64,000 nucleotides of DNA from a candidate division FCPU426 bacterium (GTDB taxonomy: Bacteria > Oederibacteriota > Muellerivitia > Muellerivitales > Muellerivitaceae), in contig CAVYSE010000024.1 in the NCBI GenBank assembly GCA_963771075.1, forward strand, positions 32,001 through 96,000. The letters are read 5' to 3'. Below the pieces are notes generated by a model that saw only the letters and a program-made list of their open reading frames with translations, was not told where the DNA came from and did no database searches. Of this stretch, positions 10,536 to 19,666 are shown piece after piece. A program made the translations under genes and the position numbers. Every line of letters starts with the position of its first letter. Positions within the stretch are counted from its first letter, which is position 1.

Positions 10536-10811
10536 TTAAGGGTGATGCTGGATGCGACCGTCGGCCACCTTATGGAGTACGCTGGAAATAAAGGTCTGGT
10601 AGGGAACGCCCTCCTCCATGGCCTTGAGCTGGATGGCTTTTAGGTCGTACTCGGACATGCGGATGTTCACCCGGCGGTTCTTTTTAAGCGTCTCGCGGGC
10701 ATAGGACTCGTAGCGCTTTTTTTCCGCCGAAAGGTTCTTGGAGCCCTTGAGCTTTCCCGATTCGTAATCCCGCAGGATCTCCGCCTCGTACTTGTCCATA
10801 TTATCATTCAT
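10536..10811 (-). CDS. BrnA/CopG-like (RHH) antitoxin
   Basis: KKNRRVNIRMSEYDLKAIQLKAMEEGVPYQTFISSVLHK is typical of this antitoxin family; overlaps the toxin remnant. Confidence 0.8.
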   Translation of the reverse strand: MNDNMDKYEAEILRDYESGKLKGSKNLSAEKKRYESYARETLKKNRRVNIRMSEYDLKAIQLKAMEEGVPYQTFISSVLHKVADGRIQHHP

Positions 10812-11063
10812 TTGTCTCACCTCGCTTCTGGTGCTTCCGAAAGGCTTTCCGGCTGGGGATGATGGTGATCAAACGGATCTCTTCCCCCTATTCCTCGAAA
10901 GGGACCAGATAAACATAATCCTTAGCTTGTACGACGAAAATCCTTTGCCCTGGGTAATTTTGGGGGTTGGGGTGGTCCAATATTTCCAGGAGGCCGCCGG
11001 ATTGGACACACCAGACAATGGCCTCAAAAGAAACGGCCCTTTCCCGGAAGGGTATGGTTTCAC
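10804..11063 (-). pseudogene. BrnT-like toxin pseudogene
   Basis: Reads ERAVSFEAIV..LLEILDHPNPQNYPGQRIFVV..YVYLVPFEE*GEEIRLITIIPSRKA, with an in-frame TAG at 10888-10890 and a shortened, out-of-frame N-terminus. Confidence 0.75.
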
Positions 11064-11070
11064 CGTGACA

Positions 11071-12582
11071 TCAAGACAGTGCAGCGGCTTCCAATATCTT
11101 TTCCGGTGTCGCGTCCTGATATCCAAACTCCGCCGTCATGCGGCCTTGATTCAATACGATCATGCGGTGGCAAAGGCCTTGGAACTCGGGTAAATCCGAC
11201 GAAACCAAGACGATGCCCAATCCCTGGGCAGCCAAACGGCCCATGAGTTCGTAAATCTCAGCCTTGGCGCCCACATCAATTCCGCGGGTGGGTTCATCCA
11301 GCAAAAGCACCTTGGGGTGGGTGGCTAGCCATTTGCCCAGAATCACCTTCTGCTGGTTGCCGCCTGAAAGTTTATTGGCCTCAGCCTGCAAGCTAGGGGT
11401 CTTGATGCGCATGGCGTTCACTTGTTCGTCGCAGATTTCGCCGACGGCGGTCCAATTGATCAGGCCCTTGGAAACCAGCTTGTGGAGGATGGTCAGAACC
11501 AGGTTTTCCTGAACCGAGGAACCTGGGACTAATCCAAACCGTTTGCGGTCTTCGCTGACCAAGGCCACGCCCTCGGCAATGGCTTCTTGGGGAGAAGTGA
11601 AGGGCCCCTTTTGCTTGCCGTTGATCTCCAATTGGCCTTCCATGCGGCCCCGGGAAGCACCAAAAAGCGAACTTAATAGCGCTGTTCTGCCCGCGCCCAT
11701 GAGGCCGCCGATGCCCAATATTTCGCCCTGTTTGACCTCGAAGGAAACGTTCTGTACCACAAAACGGCCGGGGTTGGCGGGGTCTTCCACGCTCATGTTC
11801 TTGACCGAAAGGATCACCGGGCCCGCCTGGGTTTGGGGGCGGGGATAGAGGCTTTCCACCTTGCGGCCCACCATGTGGCTGATGATCTGGTCCTGTGATA
11901 ATTCGCTTAAAGGCGCTGTGATGACCGATTTGCCGTCGCGCAATACAGTGACCCGGTCGGCGATCTGGCGCACTTCCTCCAGCCGGTGGCTGATGTAAAT
12001 GCAGGAAACACCTTGGGCTTTGAGATGCTTCAGGAAATCAAGAAGCCGGGCGGTGTCGGATTCGGTGAGGGCCGCCGTGGGCTCATCCAAAACCAGTATT
12101 TCTGCCTTCTTAGAAAGGGCCTTGGCGATCTCGATCATTTGTTGTTGGCCGATGCCCAGTTCTTTGACGGGTTGGTTCAATTCCAACTTCAGGTCCACCA
12201 GTTGAAGGGCTTCATGGGCGTAGGTTTGAACCTTGTCCCATTGGATGAAGCCATTCCGGGATGGTTCTTTGCCCAAGACCAGGTTCTCGGCCACGGACAG
12301 TTGGGGAACCAAAGCCAGTTCCTGAGCGATCAAAGCGATACCGGCTTCTTCCGAGCCTTTCAGGTCGTGGAAACGGACGGGCGTGTCTTTGAGTAGGATC
12401 TCGCCCTGGTAGGAACCTGAAGGGTGATAGCTGCAAAGCACCTTGATGAGGGTGCTTTTGCCCGCGCCGTTCTCGCCGCATAGGGCGTGGATCTCGCCTT
12501 TTTGCAAATCGAATGAAACCCCATCCAGCGCACGGACGCCAGGGAAGTCCTTGGTGATGTTTTTTAATTCAAGTAATGACAT
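11071..12582 (-). CDS. xylG: D-xylose/sugar ABC transporter ATP-binding protein
   Basis: Two ABC domains: GENGAGKST, LDEPT, LSGGNQQK, DEPTRGIDVGAK. Confidence 0.92.
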   Translation of the reverse strand: MSLLELKNITKDFPGVRALDGVSFDLQKGEIHALCGENGAGKSTLIKVLCSYHPSGSYQGEILLKDTPVRFHDLKGSEEAGIALIAQELALVPQLSVAENLVLGKEPSRNGFIQWDKVQTYAHEALQLVDLKLELNQPVKELGIGQQQMIEIAKALSKKAEILVLDEPTAALTESDTARLLDFLKHLKAQGVSCIYISHRLEEVRQIADRVTVLRDGKSVITAPLSELSQDQIISHMVGRKVESLYPRPQTQAGPVILSVKNMSVEDPANPGRFVVQNVSFEVKQGEILGIGGLMGAGRTALLSSLFGASRGRMEGQLEINGKQKGPFTSPQEAIAEGVALVSEDRKRFGLVPGSSVQENLVLTILHKLVSKGLINWTAVGEICDEQVNAMRIKTPSLQAEANKLSGGNQQKVILGKWLATHPKVLLLDEPTRGIDVGAKAEIYELMGRLAAQGLGIVLVSSDLPEFQGLCHRMIVLNQGRMTAEFGYQDATPEKILEAAALS

Positions 12583-12614
12583 TCAAGCCTAGTGTTGTTT
12601 AGATTTTGTTTTCA

Positions 12615-12705
12615 CCTTCTCCCCTGGAGGGAGAAGGATTGGATGAGGGGGAGACTCCAATTTTAAGGTACCCCTCACCCTGCCCTCTCCCTCAAGGGGC
12701 GAGGG
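12615..12705. repeat. REP-like inverted repeat pair (CCCTCACCCTGCCCTCTCCC type)
   Basis: CCTTCTCCCCTGGAGGGAGAAGG...GATGAGGGG / CCCCTCACCCTGCCCTCTCCCTCAAGGGGCGAGGG between xylF and xylG. Confidence 0.7.
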
Positions 12706-12750
12706 TTTGGGTTGTGCGTCTTGCCAATTCCTAGAGGTCTCCGTTGATAG

Positions 12751-12818
12751 CTCGCAGTTCGCGGTTCGCAGGAAAGTCTTAAAAGCTTGGCTGTCGACTG
12801 CGAACCGTCGACTGTGGA
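12751..12818. repeat. Short heptamer-type (CAGTCGG/CAGTTCG) inverted repeat cluster
   Basis: CGCAGTTCGCGGTTCGCAG ... CTGTCGACTGCGAACCGTCGACTGTGGAC; related to repeats at 40087-40230 and 43488-43520. Confidence 0.55.
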
Positions 12819-13826
12819 CTACTTTTTGTAGACGTCTTCTTTTTTCTGGTAGCCATCCGCGATGACGGTGGAATCCATGTTGGCCTTATCCACCTCGACC
12901 GGTTCAATCAATATCGACGTAACGTCTTTCTTTCCGTTGTTGACCGTTGAAGTCGGGTCGGTGAGTGGTTGTTTATTCGCCATGGCCACCGCGATTTCCG
13001 CCGCCTTTTCCGCCAGTTTCTTGATGGGTTTATAAACCGTCATGCTCTGGGTGCCCGCCACGATGCGTTGGCAACCCGCCAGGTCGGCGTCTTGGCCTGA
13101 CACCAGCACCTTGCCCGCCAGGTTCTGCTCGGCCAGGGCCTGGATGGCGCCCCCCGCCGTGGCGTCGTTGGAAACCACCACCGCGTCCACCTGGTTATGG
13201 TTCTTGGTCAGGGCGTTTTCCATGATCTGCAGGGCCTTCACGGGCAGCCAATCGTCGGCCCATTGGTCGGCTACGATCTTGATATCGCCATTCTTCACCA
13301 GCGGTTCCAGCACGTTCATTTGGCCTTTTCGGAACAATAGGGCGTTGTTATCGGTGGGCGCCCCGCCAATCAAAACGTAATTTCCCTTGGGTTTGCGCTT
13401 GACCAGATAGTCCGCCTGGTATTCGCCCACCTTCACGTTGTCGAATGAAATGTAGAGGTCGAGGTCCGAATCCATGATCAGACGGTCATAGGCGATGACG
13501 GGTACGCCCGACTTGTGGGCCGCTTCCACGATGGTGGCGCAGCTTTTTCCGTTGTGGGGAACCACGACCAGCACATTCACCCCCTCGGTCAGCAGGTTTT
13601 CGGCCTGGGAATTCTGCAGGGCATCGTTGGAATTTGCGGCCTGAACCAGCACATCCACCCCCATTTCCTTGGCCTTGGCCACGAAAAGGTCCCGGTCATG
13701 CTGCCAGCGTTCTTCCTTGAGGGTATCGAGGGAGAGGCCGATCTTGATCTTGCCGCTCGAGGGTTTGCCGCATCCGGCCAGGATGACGATGGAAAGACTA
13801 AGCAGGGCCAGGCTTTTCAAACGCAT
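12819..13826 (-). CDS. xylF: D-xylose ABC transporter substrate-binding lipoprotein
   Basis: Lipobox LAGC; EERWQHDRD, VIAYDRLI, YISFDN and GQDAD..QRIVAGTQSMTVYKP motifs. Confidence 0.92.
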   Translation of the reverse strand: MRLKSLALLSLSIVILAGCGKPSSGKIKIGLSLDTLKEERWQHDRDLFVAKAKEMGVDVLVQAANSNDALQNSQAENLLTEGVNVLVVVPHNGKSCATIVEAAHKSGVPVIAYDRLIMDSDLDLYISFDNVKVGEYQADYLVKRKPKGNYVLIGGAPTDNNALLFRKGQMNVLEPLVKNGDIKIVADQWADDWLPVKALQIMENALTKNHNQVDAVVVSNDATAGGAIQALAEQNLAGKVLVSGQDADLAGCQRIVAGTQSMTVYKPIKKLAEKAAEIAVAMANKQPLTDPTSTVNNGKKDVTSILIEPVEVDKANMDSTVIADGYQKKEDVYKK

Positions 13827-14156
13827 GGAGACCTCCAGGGGTGGGGATAAGCGGGACTAATTATAGACCAGGAGGGAGAGGAGTATAAAAGCTTAATAAA
13901 ACGGCCTATTTGAGATTAGTCCAATGTGTAATTGTTTAATTTCGTTTCATGCTGAATGTTCTTGTGAAATTTGCGGTAGAAAAAATGAGGGCCGGCATTC
14001 GAATTCTATGGTGAACCCTCCTTTGCCTTTATAATCCCTTCGCTACGAATCGTTCTTGAATGTGGACAGGATGGGTTTTGAAATTATTTTCAAATTAGAG
14101 GTCTTTCTTGGCGTCTTGGCGTCTAGGTGGTGAAAATTTGGTAAAGGAAATTCACG

Positions 14157-17048
14157 GTGAAAAAAATCACGCTATTGCTGTCGGCATTGATTCTTGTGAC
14201 ATTCCCGCAAGTTCGGGCCGAGGATAATTCCATGACCTCCCCGCGAGAGCATCTGCTGATGGATAAGGGCTGGCGCTTCGCCCTTGGCCACGCCACCGAC
14301 ACTTACCTGGATTACGGCCACGCCACCGGATTTTTCTCCTACTTCGCCAAGGCGGGCTACGGCGACGGTCCCGCCGCCCACAAGTTCGACGACCGGTCTT
14401 GGCGCCTTCTGGACCTTCCCCATGATTGGGCGGTGGAATTGCCTTTCTCGGAGAAGGCGAGCTACAGCCACGGCTTTAAGGCGTTGGGCAAGAACTTTCC
14501 CGCCGCCAGCATCGGCTGGTACCGCAAGCACTTCAATATTCCCGAATCCGACAAGGGCAAGCGCATCAGCCTGGAATTCGACGGGGTTTTTCGCGATTCG
14601 GTCGTGTGGGTGAACGGGATTTACTGCGGGCGCGAGCAGAGCGGCTATAACAATTTCCGTTACGACATCACCGACTACATCAACTGGGACGGGGATAATA
14701 CCGTCGCGGTGCGTGTGGACGCGAGCATGGAGGAAGGTTGGTTCTATGAGGGCGCGGGCATTTACCGCCACGTCTGGCTGACCAAAACGGAGCCTTTACA
14801 TATTGATTACAACGGCATCTTCGTGACCACCGAGACGGTCAAGGACAAGGCCGAGGTGACGGTGCGGACCACGATGGTGGGGGAACAAGAAAGCCCCGAG
14901 GCCTTCAAGATCGAGCAAACGATCCTGGACGCCGATGGGAAGGTGGTGGCGGAGGGCCGCGATGAGAAGGGCCAACTCAACCCCGGTGAGACAAAACAAT
15001 ATTCGGTCAAGATCAAGGTGCCCCATCCCCAGCTATGGTCCCTAGAGACACCCACCCTCTACAAGGTCGTGACTAAAGTTGTATCCGGCGGCAAGGTGCT
15101 CGACCAAACCGAGACAACCTTCGGCATCCGCACCCTCACCTTTGACCCGAATAAAGGGTTTTTCCTCAACGGCAAGCGGGTGGAACTGAAGGGCACATGC
15201 AACCACCAGGACCACGCGGGGGTCGGGGCGGCCCTGTCGGACGCCATGCAAACCTACCGCATCCAGCGCCTGAAGGAATTCGGCTGTAACGCTTATCGTT
15301 GCTCGCACAACCCGCCCACGCCCGAACTGCTCGACGCCTGCGATCGGCTGGGCATGCTGGTGTTGGTGGAAAACCGGCTCATGGGTACCAGCCCGGAACT
15401 TCTGGACCGCCTGAAAAGACTTATTGTTCTGGATCGCAACCACCCATGCGTTTTCGCATGGTCCATCGGCAATGAGGAATGGGGCATCGAATACAACAAT
15501 CTGGGGGCCCAGATCTCGGCATCCATGCAGGATTTCGTGATGGGCCTGGACCCGTCCCGCCGGGTGACCCAGGCCATCGACGGAGGGTGGGGCCAGGGTT
15601 CTTCCACCGTGATTGACGTGATGGGCTACAACTATTACGCGCACGGAAGCACGGATGATTTCCACAAGAAATATCCTGAAAAGTCCAGTTTCGCGACCGA
15701 GGAAAGCACCACCAACCAGACCCGGGGTATTTATGAGACGGACAAGCCCGCCTGCCACATGGAACCCTCGGACATGACGGGAAAGGGAACCAGCATTGAG
15801 ACGGTTTGGAAATATTACGTGGAACGACCCTACCTGGGCGGCCTTTTCCTTTGGACGGGTTTCGATTACCGGGGCGAGGAGACGCCCTTTACCTACCCCG
15901 CCATCAGTACCCAATACGGCGTGCTCGACACCTGCGGGTTCCTCAAGGATTGCGGCTACTACCTGAAGGCCTGGTGGACGGACGAACCGGTCCTGATCCT
16001 TTCCCCCCATTGGAATTGGAAGGGCAAGGAAGGCCAGAACATCCTGGTGAAGGCCTACAGCAATTGCGAAGAAGTGGAGCTGTTCCTCAACGACAAGAGC
16101 CTGGGCAAACAGACCATGCCCGCCAATTCCCATTTGGAATGGCAAGTGCCCTACGCGCCGGGGGTCTTATCCGCCAAGGGTTACAAGGGGGGCCAGGTGG
16201 CCGCCACGGCCAAGGAGGAAACGGCCGGGAACCCGGTATCGGTGGTATTGCAACCCGATAAGACCCGGATCCACGCCGATGGGGATGACATTTCCGTCGT
16301 GACGGTACAGGTGACCGACGCGTTGGGGAGGGTGGTACCTACCGCCTCCAACTTGATCCGCTTTAGCCTGGACGGGCCCGGGCAGATCATCGGGGTGGGT
16401 AATGGCGACCCCTCCTGCCATGAGGCTGACCGTTCCATCGATACCGTGACCCAGGTCCGAATCGAGGGCCTGAAGATGCTGGACGGGGGCGATTTGGGCA
16501 AAAGGCCCGAGGTTGAATTCGGGTTTGATGATTCCAAATGGGCCGACCTGTTCCAAGGACGTCATGACGACCAGGGCCACGTTTCCCCGGACAAGCCCTC
16601 CAACCGGGTCATTCGGGGCCATTTCGACCTGCCCAGCTTGGATGATTACAGCGAAATCATCCTTTACCCCAAGACCTTGGCGGAGGACCAGGCCCTATAC
16701 GTGAACGGGCAGTTGATCGCCGATAAGATCAAGCGGGACGCCCCCAATGACGGGTTCCCCCTTCCCAAGACCATCCTGAAGAAGGGCCGTAACGTCTACG
16801 CGGTGGTGGGACCGGAACTGCTAAGAAGGCAAACCTGGGAGGAACTCAACAACGATCCCGGATCGATCCGAACCGTCATCCCGGCGAAACCCTATCAACG
16901 AAGCCTCTTTATGGGCTTGGCCCAGGTGATCGTCCAGGGGACCGAAAAACCGGGAACCCTGACCCTCAAGGCCGAAGGGGATGGCCTGTCGGGGGCGGAA
17001 CTGAAGATAGATGCCCAGGAGGCGACTTTAAGGGCTTCGGTACCGTGA
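14157..17048 (+). CDS. GH2 beta-galactosidase, secreted
   Basis: LPHDW, GWYRKHF, FDGV, GAGIYRHVWL, KGTCNHQDHAGVG, RCSHNP, RNHPCVFAWSIGNE and WTGFDYRGE motifs. Confidence 0.92.
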   Translation: MKKITLLLSALILVTFPQVRAEDNSMTSPREHLLMDKGWRFALGHATDTYLDYGHATGFFSYFAKAGYGDGPAAHKFDDRSWRLLDLPHDWAVELPFSEKASYSHGFKALGKNFPAASIGWYRKHFNIPESDKGKRISLEFDGVFRDSVVWVNGIYCGREQSGYNNFRYDITDYINWDGDNTVAVRVDASMEEGWFYEGAGIYRHVWLTKTEPLHIDYNGIFVTTETVKDKAEVTVRTTMVGEQESPEAFKIEQTILDADGKVVAEGRDEKGQLNPGETKQYSVKIKVPHPQLWSLETPTLYKVVTKVVSGGKVLDQTETTFGIRTLTFDPNKGFFLNGKRVELKGTCNHQDHAGVGAALSDAMQTYRIQRLKEFGCNAYRCSHNPPTPELLDACDRLGMLVLVENRLMGTSPELLDRLKRLIVLDRNHPCVFAWSIGNEEWGIEYNNLGAQISASMQDFVMGLDPSRRVTQAIDGGWGQGSSTVIDVMGYNYYAHGSTDDFHKKYPEKSSFATEESTTNQTRGIYETDKPACHMEPSDMTGKGTSIETVWKYYVERPYLGGLFLWTGFDYRGEETPFTYPAISTQYGVLDTCGFLKDCGYYLKAWWTDEPVLILSPHWNWKGKEGQNILVKAYSNCEEVELFLNDKSLGKQTMPANSHLEWQVPYAPGVLSAKGYKGGQVAATAKEETAGNPVSVVLQPDKTRIHADGDDISVVTVQVTDALGRVVPTASNLIRFSLDGPGQIIGVGNGDPSCHEADRSIDTVTQVRIEGLKMLDGGDLGKRPEVEFGFDDSKWADLFQGRHDDQGHVSPDKPSNRVIRGHFDLPSLDDYSEIILYPKTLAEDQALYVNGQLIADKIKRDAPNDGFPLPKTILKKGRNVYAVVGPELLRRQTWEELNNDPGSIRTVIPAKPYQRSLFMGLAQVIVQGTEKPGTLTLKAEGDGLSGAELKIDAQEATLRASVP

Positions 17049-17130
17049 TCACGAGGAGCTACCCTGTTATTCTTCCGGGTATAATGGATTAAGATTGTTA
17101 ACCCGAAAGGGTTCTTCAAGAGGGTCCTCC

Positions 17131-17358
17131 ATGATGAAAAACACAGGATATTGGCGGCAATGGGAAGATGGTTTCATAAGTCGGGAACCCGCCGATTTCG
17201 AAAAGAATCTCCGCTTGATGGAAGCCATGTACGAGGAAACGAAAGCCCTGAAAGTTCAAGTTTCGGAAGATCCTTTGGCGGGCCTCGGCCCGGTTATCTT
17301 TTACGCGAAAGCGATTAATGTTCGAACCCCTACTCATTCAACTCGCCAGGGAGCTTGA
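17131..17358 (+). CDS. Small hypothetical protein, partner of the downstream nucleotidyltransferase
   Basis: Short ORF overlapping the NTase start; TA-like two-gene layout. Confidence 0.5.
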   Translation: MMKNTGYWRQWEDGFISREPADFEKNLRLMEAMYEETKALKVQVSEDPLAGLGPVIFYAKAINVRTPTHSTRQGA

Positions 17359-17874
17359 CCGGCGCGCCATCCCCTACAGGGTCATCGGGGGCCAGGCGGT
17401 CCTTATTTATGGGGAGCCCCGGTTTACCCGCGACATTGACGTCACCTCGGGGGTGGGCCCCGACCGGTTGAATGACATTCTTGACCTGGTTAAGGTTTCG
17501 GGTTGGAAGTCTTGGTTCAATCACCTTCGGAATTTGTCTCTAAAACAATGGTTCTGCCATGCCGGGAAAGCCAAGGTGAAATACGCATCGATTTTATTTT
17601 TTCCTTTTCCCCCTATGAAAACCAGGCCATGGATCGGGTCCGGCGAATCCCTTTGGGCGGTCAGGAGGTCCGCTTTGCCTCCCCGGAAGACTTGGTCATT
17701 CACAAGGTTGTGGCCGGGCGGCCGCGGGATTTGGAAGACATCCGGAATGTGCTGCTGAAAAATCCTTCCATTGACAAGGTTTATATCCGCCGGTGGCTGG
17801 GGGATTTTTCCAAGACCTTGGATCAGCCATTGTCGGAGAGGTTCGAGGAAGTGATGAAAGAACCTGGAATTTAA
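17318..17874 (+). CDS. Nucleotidyltransferase (DUF6036/MNT-like), frameshifted at ~17500
   Basis: YRVIGGQAV..YGEPRFTRDIDV in one frame continues as RIDFIF..FASPEDLVIHKVVAGRPRDLED in the next. Confidence 0.75.
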
Positions 17875-17906
17875 GCTTGGGATTAGCTGAACCTGGAGGA
17901 TGTGAC

Positions 17907-18656
17907 TTGCCCAATGAGCCGATCCACCTGGTGGTGGGGACCCCCTGCTACGGGGGCCAGATCACTGTTTCCAACTTTACCTCGGCCCTGAGGCTGAGGG
18001 ACTATTGCGGCAGGAACGGCATCCGCCTGTCTTTCGCCATGCCCTGGGGGGATGCCCTGGTCACCCGGGCCCGGCAAAGCATCGCGGCCTTTTTCCTCGA
18101 GGAACCTACCGCCACCCATCTTCTCTTCGTGGACGCCGACATCAGTTACCAGGTGGACCAGGTCCTTCGCCTCCTCAACCACGACAAGGACGTTTGCGCC
18201 GGGCTCTATCCCCTCAAAAAATACGATTGGGAGATGGTCCGCAAGAGGATCCAGGCGGGATATCCCCATCCGGAATCCGCGGGGCTTTCCTACGTCATCC
18301 AACTGGAAGACCAATATGAGACGGTCAACGGCTTCGCCAAGGTGGCCTGGGCGGGAACCGGATTCCTATTGATCAAGCGTTCGGTCTTCGAGGCCATGTC
18401 CAAACGCTACCCCGAGTTGAGGTACAAGGCCCCGGGCCTGAGGGGCGAAAGGGAACATTACGCCTTCTTTAACTGCCTCATTGATGAGAAGGGGGATTAC
18501 CTTTCGGAGGATTACAGTTTTTGCAAACGCTGGATCGGGATGGGCGGGGAGATATGGGCGGACCTGCGCAGCAAACTGAACCACACGGGCCCGGAAACCT
18601 TTCGGGGGGATGTGGCCCAAAATTTCACGCCCTTTGATCCCAAGGACCCCTCGTGA
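17907..18656 (+). CDS. GT-A fold glycosyltransferase-like protein
   Basis: GTPCYGG, DALVTRAR, HLLFVDADI, GTGFLLIKR and YLSEDYSFC motifs; TTG start after a GGAGG RBS. Confidence 0.75.
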   Translation: MPNEPIHLVVGTPCYGGQITVSNFTSALRLRDYCGRNGIRLSFAMPWGDALVTRARQSIAAFFLEEPTATHLLFVDADISYQVDQVLRLLNHDKDVCAGLYPLKKYDWEMVRKRIQAGYPHPESAGLSYVIQLEDQYETVNGFAKVAWAGTGFLLIKRSVFEAMSKRYPELRYKAPGLRGEREHYAFFNCLIDEKGDYLSEDYSFCKRWIGMGGEIWADLRSKLNHTGPETFRGDVAQNFTPFDPKDPS

Positions 18657-19414
18657 AAAACGACCAGCCCCCCTATCTCATGATCGGGACCCCCGCCTAC
18701 GGGGGCCAGCTTTCGGCGGTTTACGCCACCTCCGTGCTTCGATTCATGGAAACCTGCCGGGTAAGGCCCAACCTCCAGATCGAGGTGGCGGTGCAATGGG
18801 GGGACGCCCTAGTGTCCCGGGCCCGCCAGGACCTGGTGACCCGGTTCATCGAAACGCCCCAATCCACCCACCTGCTCTTCGTGGATTCGGACATCGGGTT
18901 CTCGCCCGAACAGGTCTTCCGGCTCCTGGATTTTGACGTGGAAATGGCGGCGGGAGTCTACCCCTACAAACGCCTGGATATCGGCCGGTTGGGTCAGGTC
19001 AGTGAAAAGAAGACACCCGTTCAAACCCCGGACCTGTGGTATTACGGGGTAGAGTTCGAGGACCCCGCCAAGATCATCGTGAAGGATGGTTTCGCCAAGG
19101 CCCTTTACGCCGGCATGGGATTCGTGATGTTCAGGAAATCGGTCTTTTTGAAAATGATCCAAGGATATCCCGAACTCAAATACACGGGCGGGTTCCTCGC
19201 CACGGACGCGTTTCCTAAAAGCGAGAACCGGTACGCCCTTTTCAACGAATTCATAGATGAAAAGACGGGTCACTACCTTCCCGAAGACCTGAGCTTCAGC
19301 CGCCGGTGGACCCGGTTGGGCGGGGAAATATGGGTGGATACGCGAAGCCAGCTCCAGCACGTGGGACCGACCGTTTTTGACGGTGACTTTTCGACGCAGT
19401 TCAAAAACCTTTAA
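18653..19414 (+). CDS. GT-A fold glycosyltransferase-like protein, paralog of the upstream gene
   Basis: GTPAYGG, DALVSRAR, HLLFVDSDI and YLPEDLSFS motifs. Confidence 0.75.
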   Translation: MKNDQPPYLMIGTPAYGGQLSAVYATSVLRFMETCRVRPNLQIEVAVQWGDALVSRARQDLVTRFIETPQSTHLLFVDSDIGFSPEQVFRLLDFDVEMAAGVYPYKRLDIGRLGQVSEKKTPVQTPDLWYYGVEFEDPAKIIVKDGFAKALYAGMGFVMFRKSVFLKMIQGYPELKYTGGFLATDAFPKSENRYALFNEFIDEKTGHYLPEDLSFSRRWTRLGGEIWVDTRSQLQHVGPTVFDGDFSTQFKNL

Positions 19415-19666
19415 CCAAAACCCTTTCACCGCAAATTACAGTCCGTACCCCCCTTATTCAATTTTTAGGTTTTTAACGGGCAATACCATTCTTTGTGTCC
19501 TTTGGGATGAATCCTTTTTTTGTTTGGTAACGGATGAGAAAATTTCAGAAAGTTCCAGCCGTTTAACCGAATTTTCCACCGGATCCAATTATTCGCTAAG
19601 ATAATGATTCGTCGTTCGGGGGAGCCGACCGGCCTTCATGGGCCGTGGAAAAATAGGTCATTAAAT

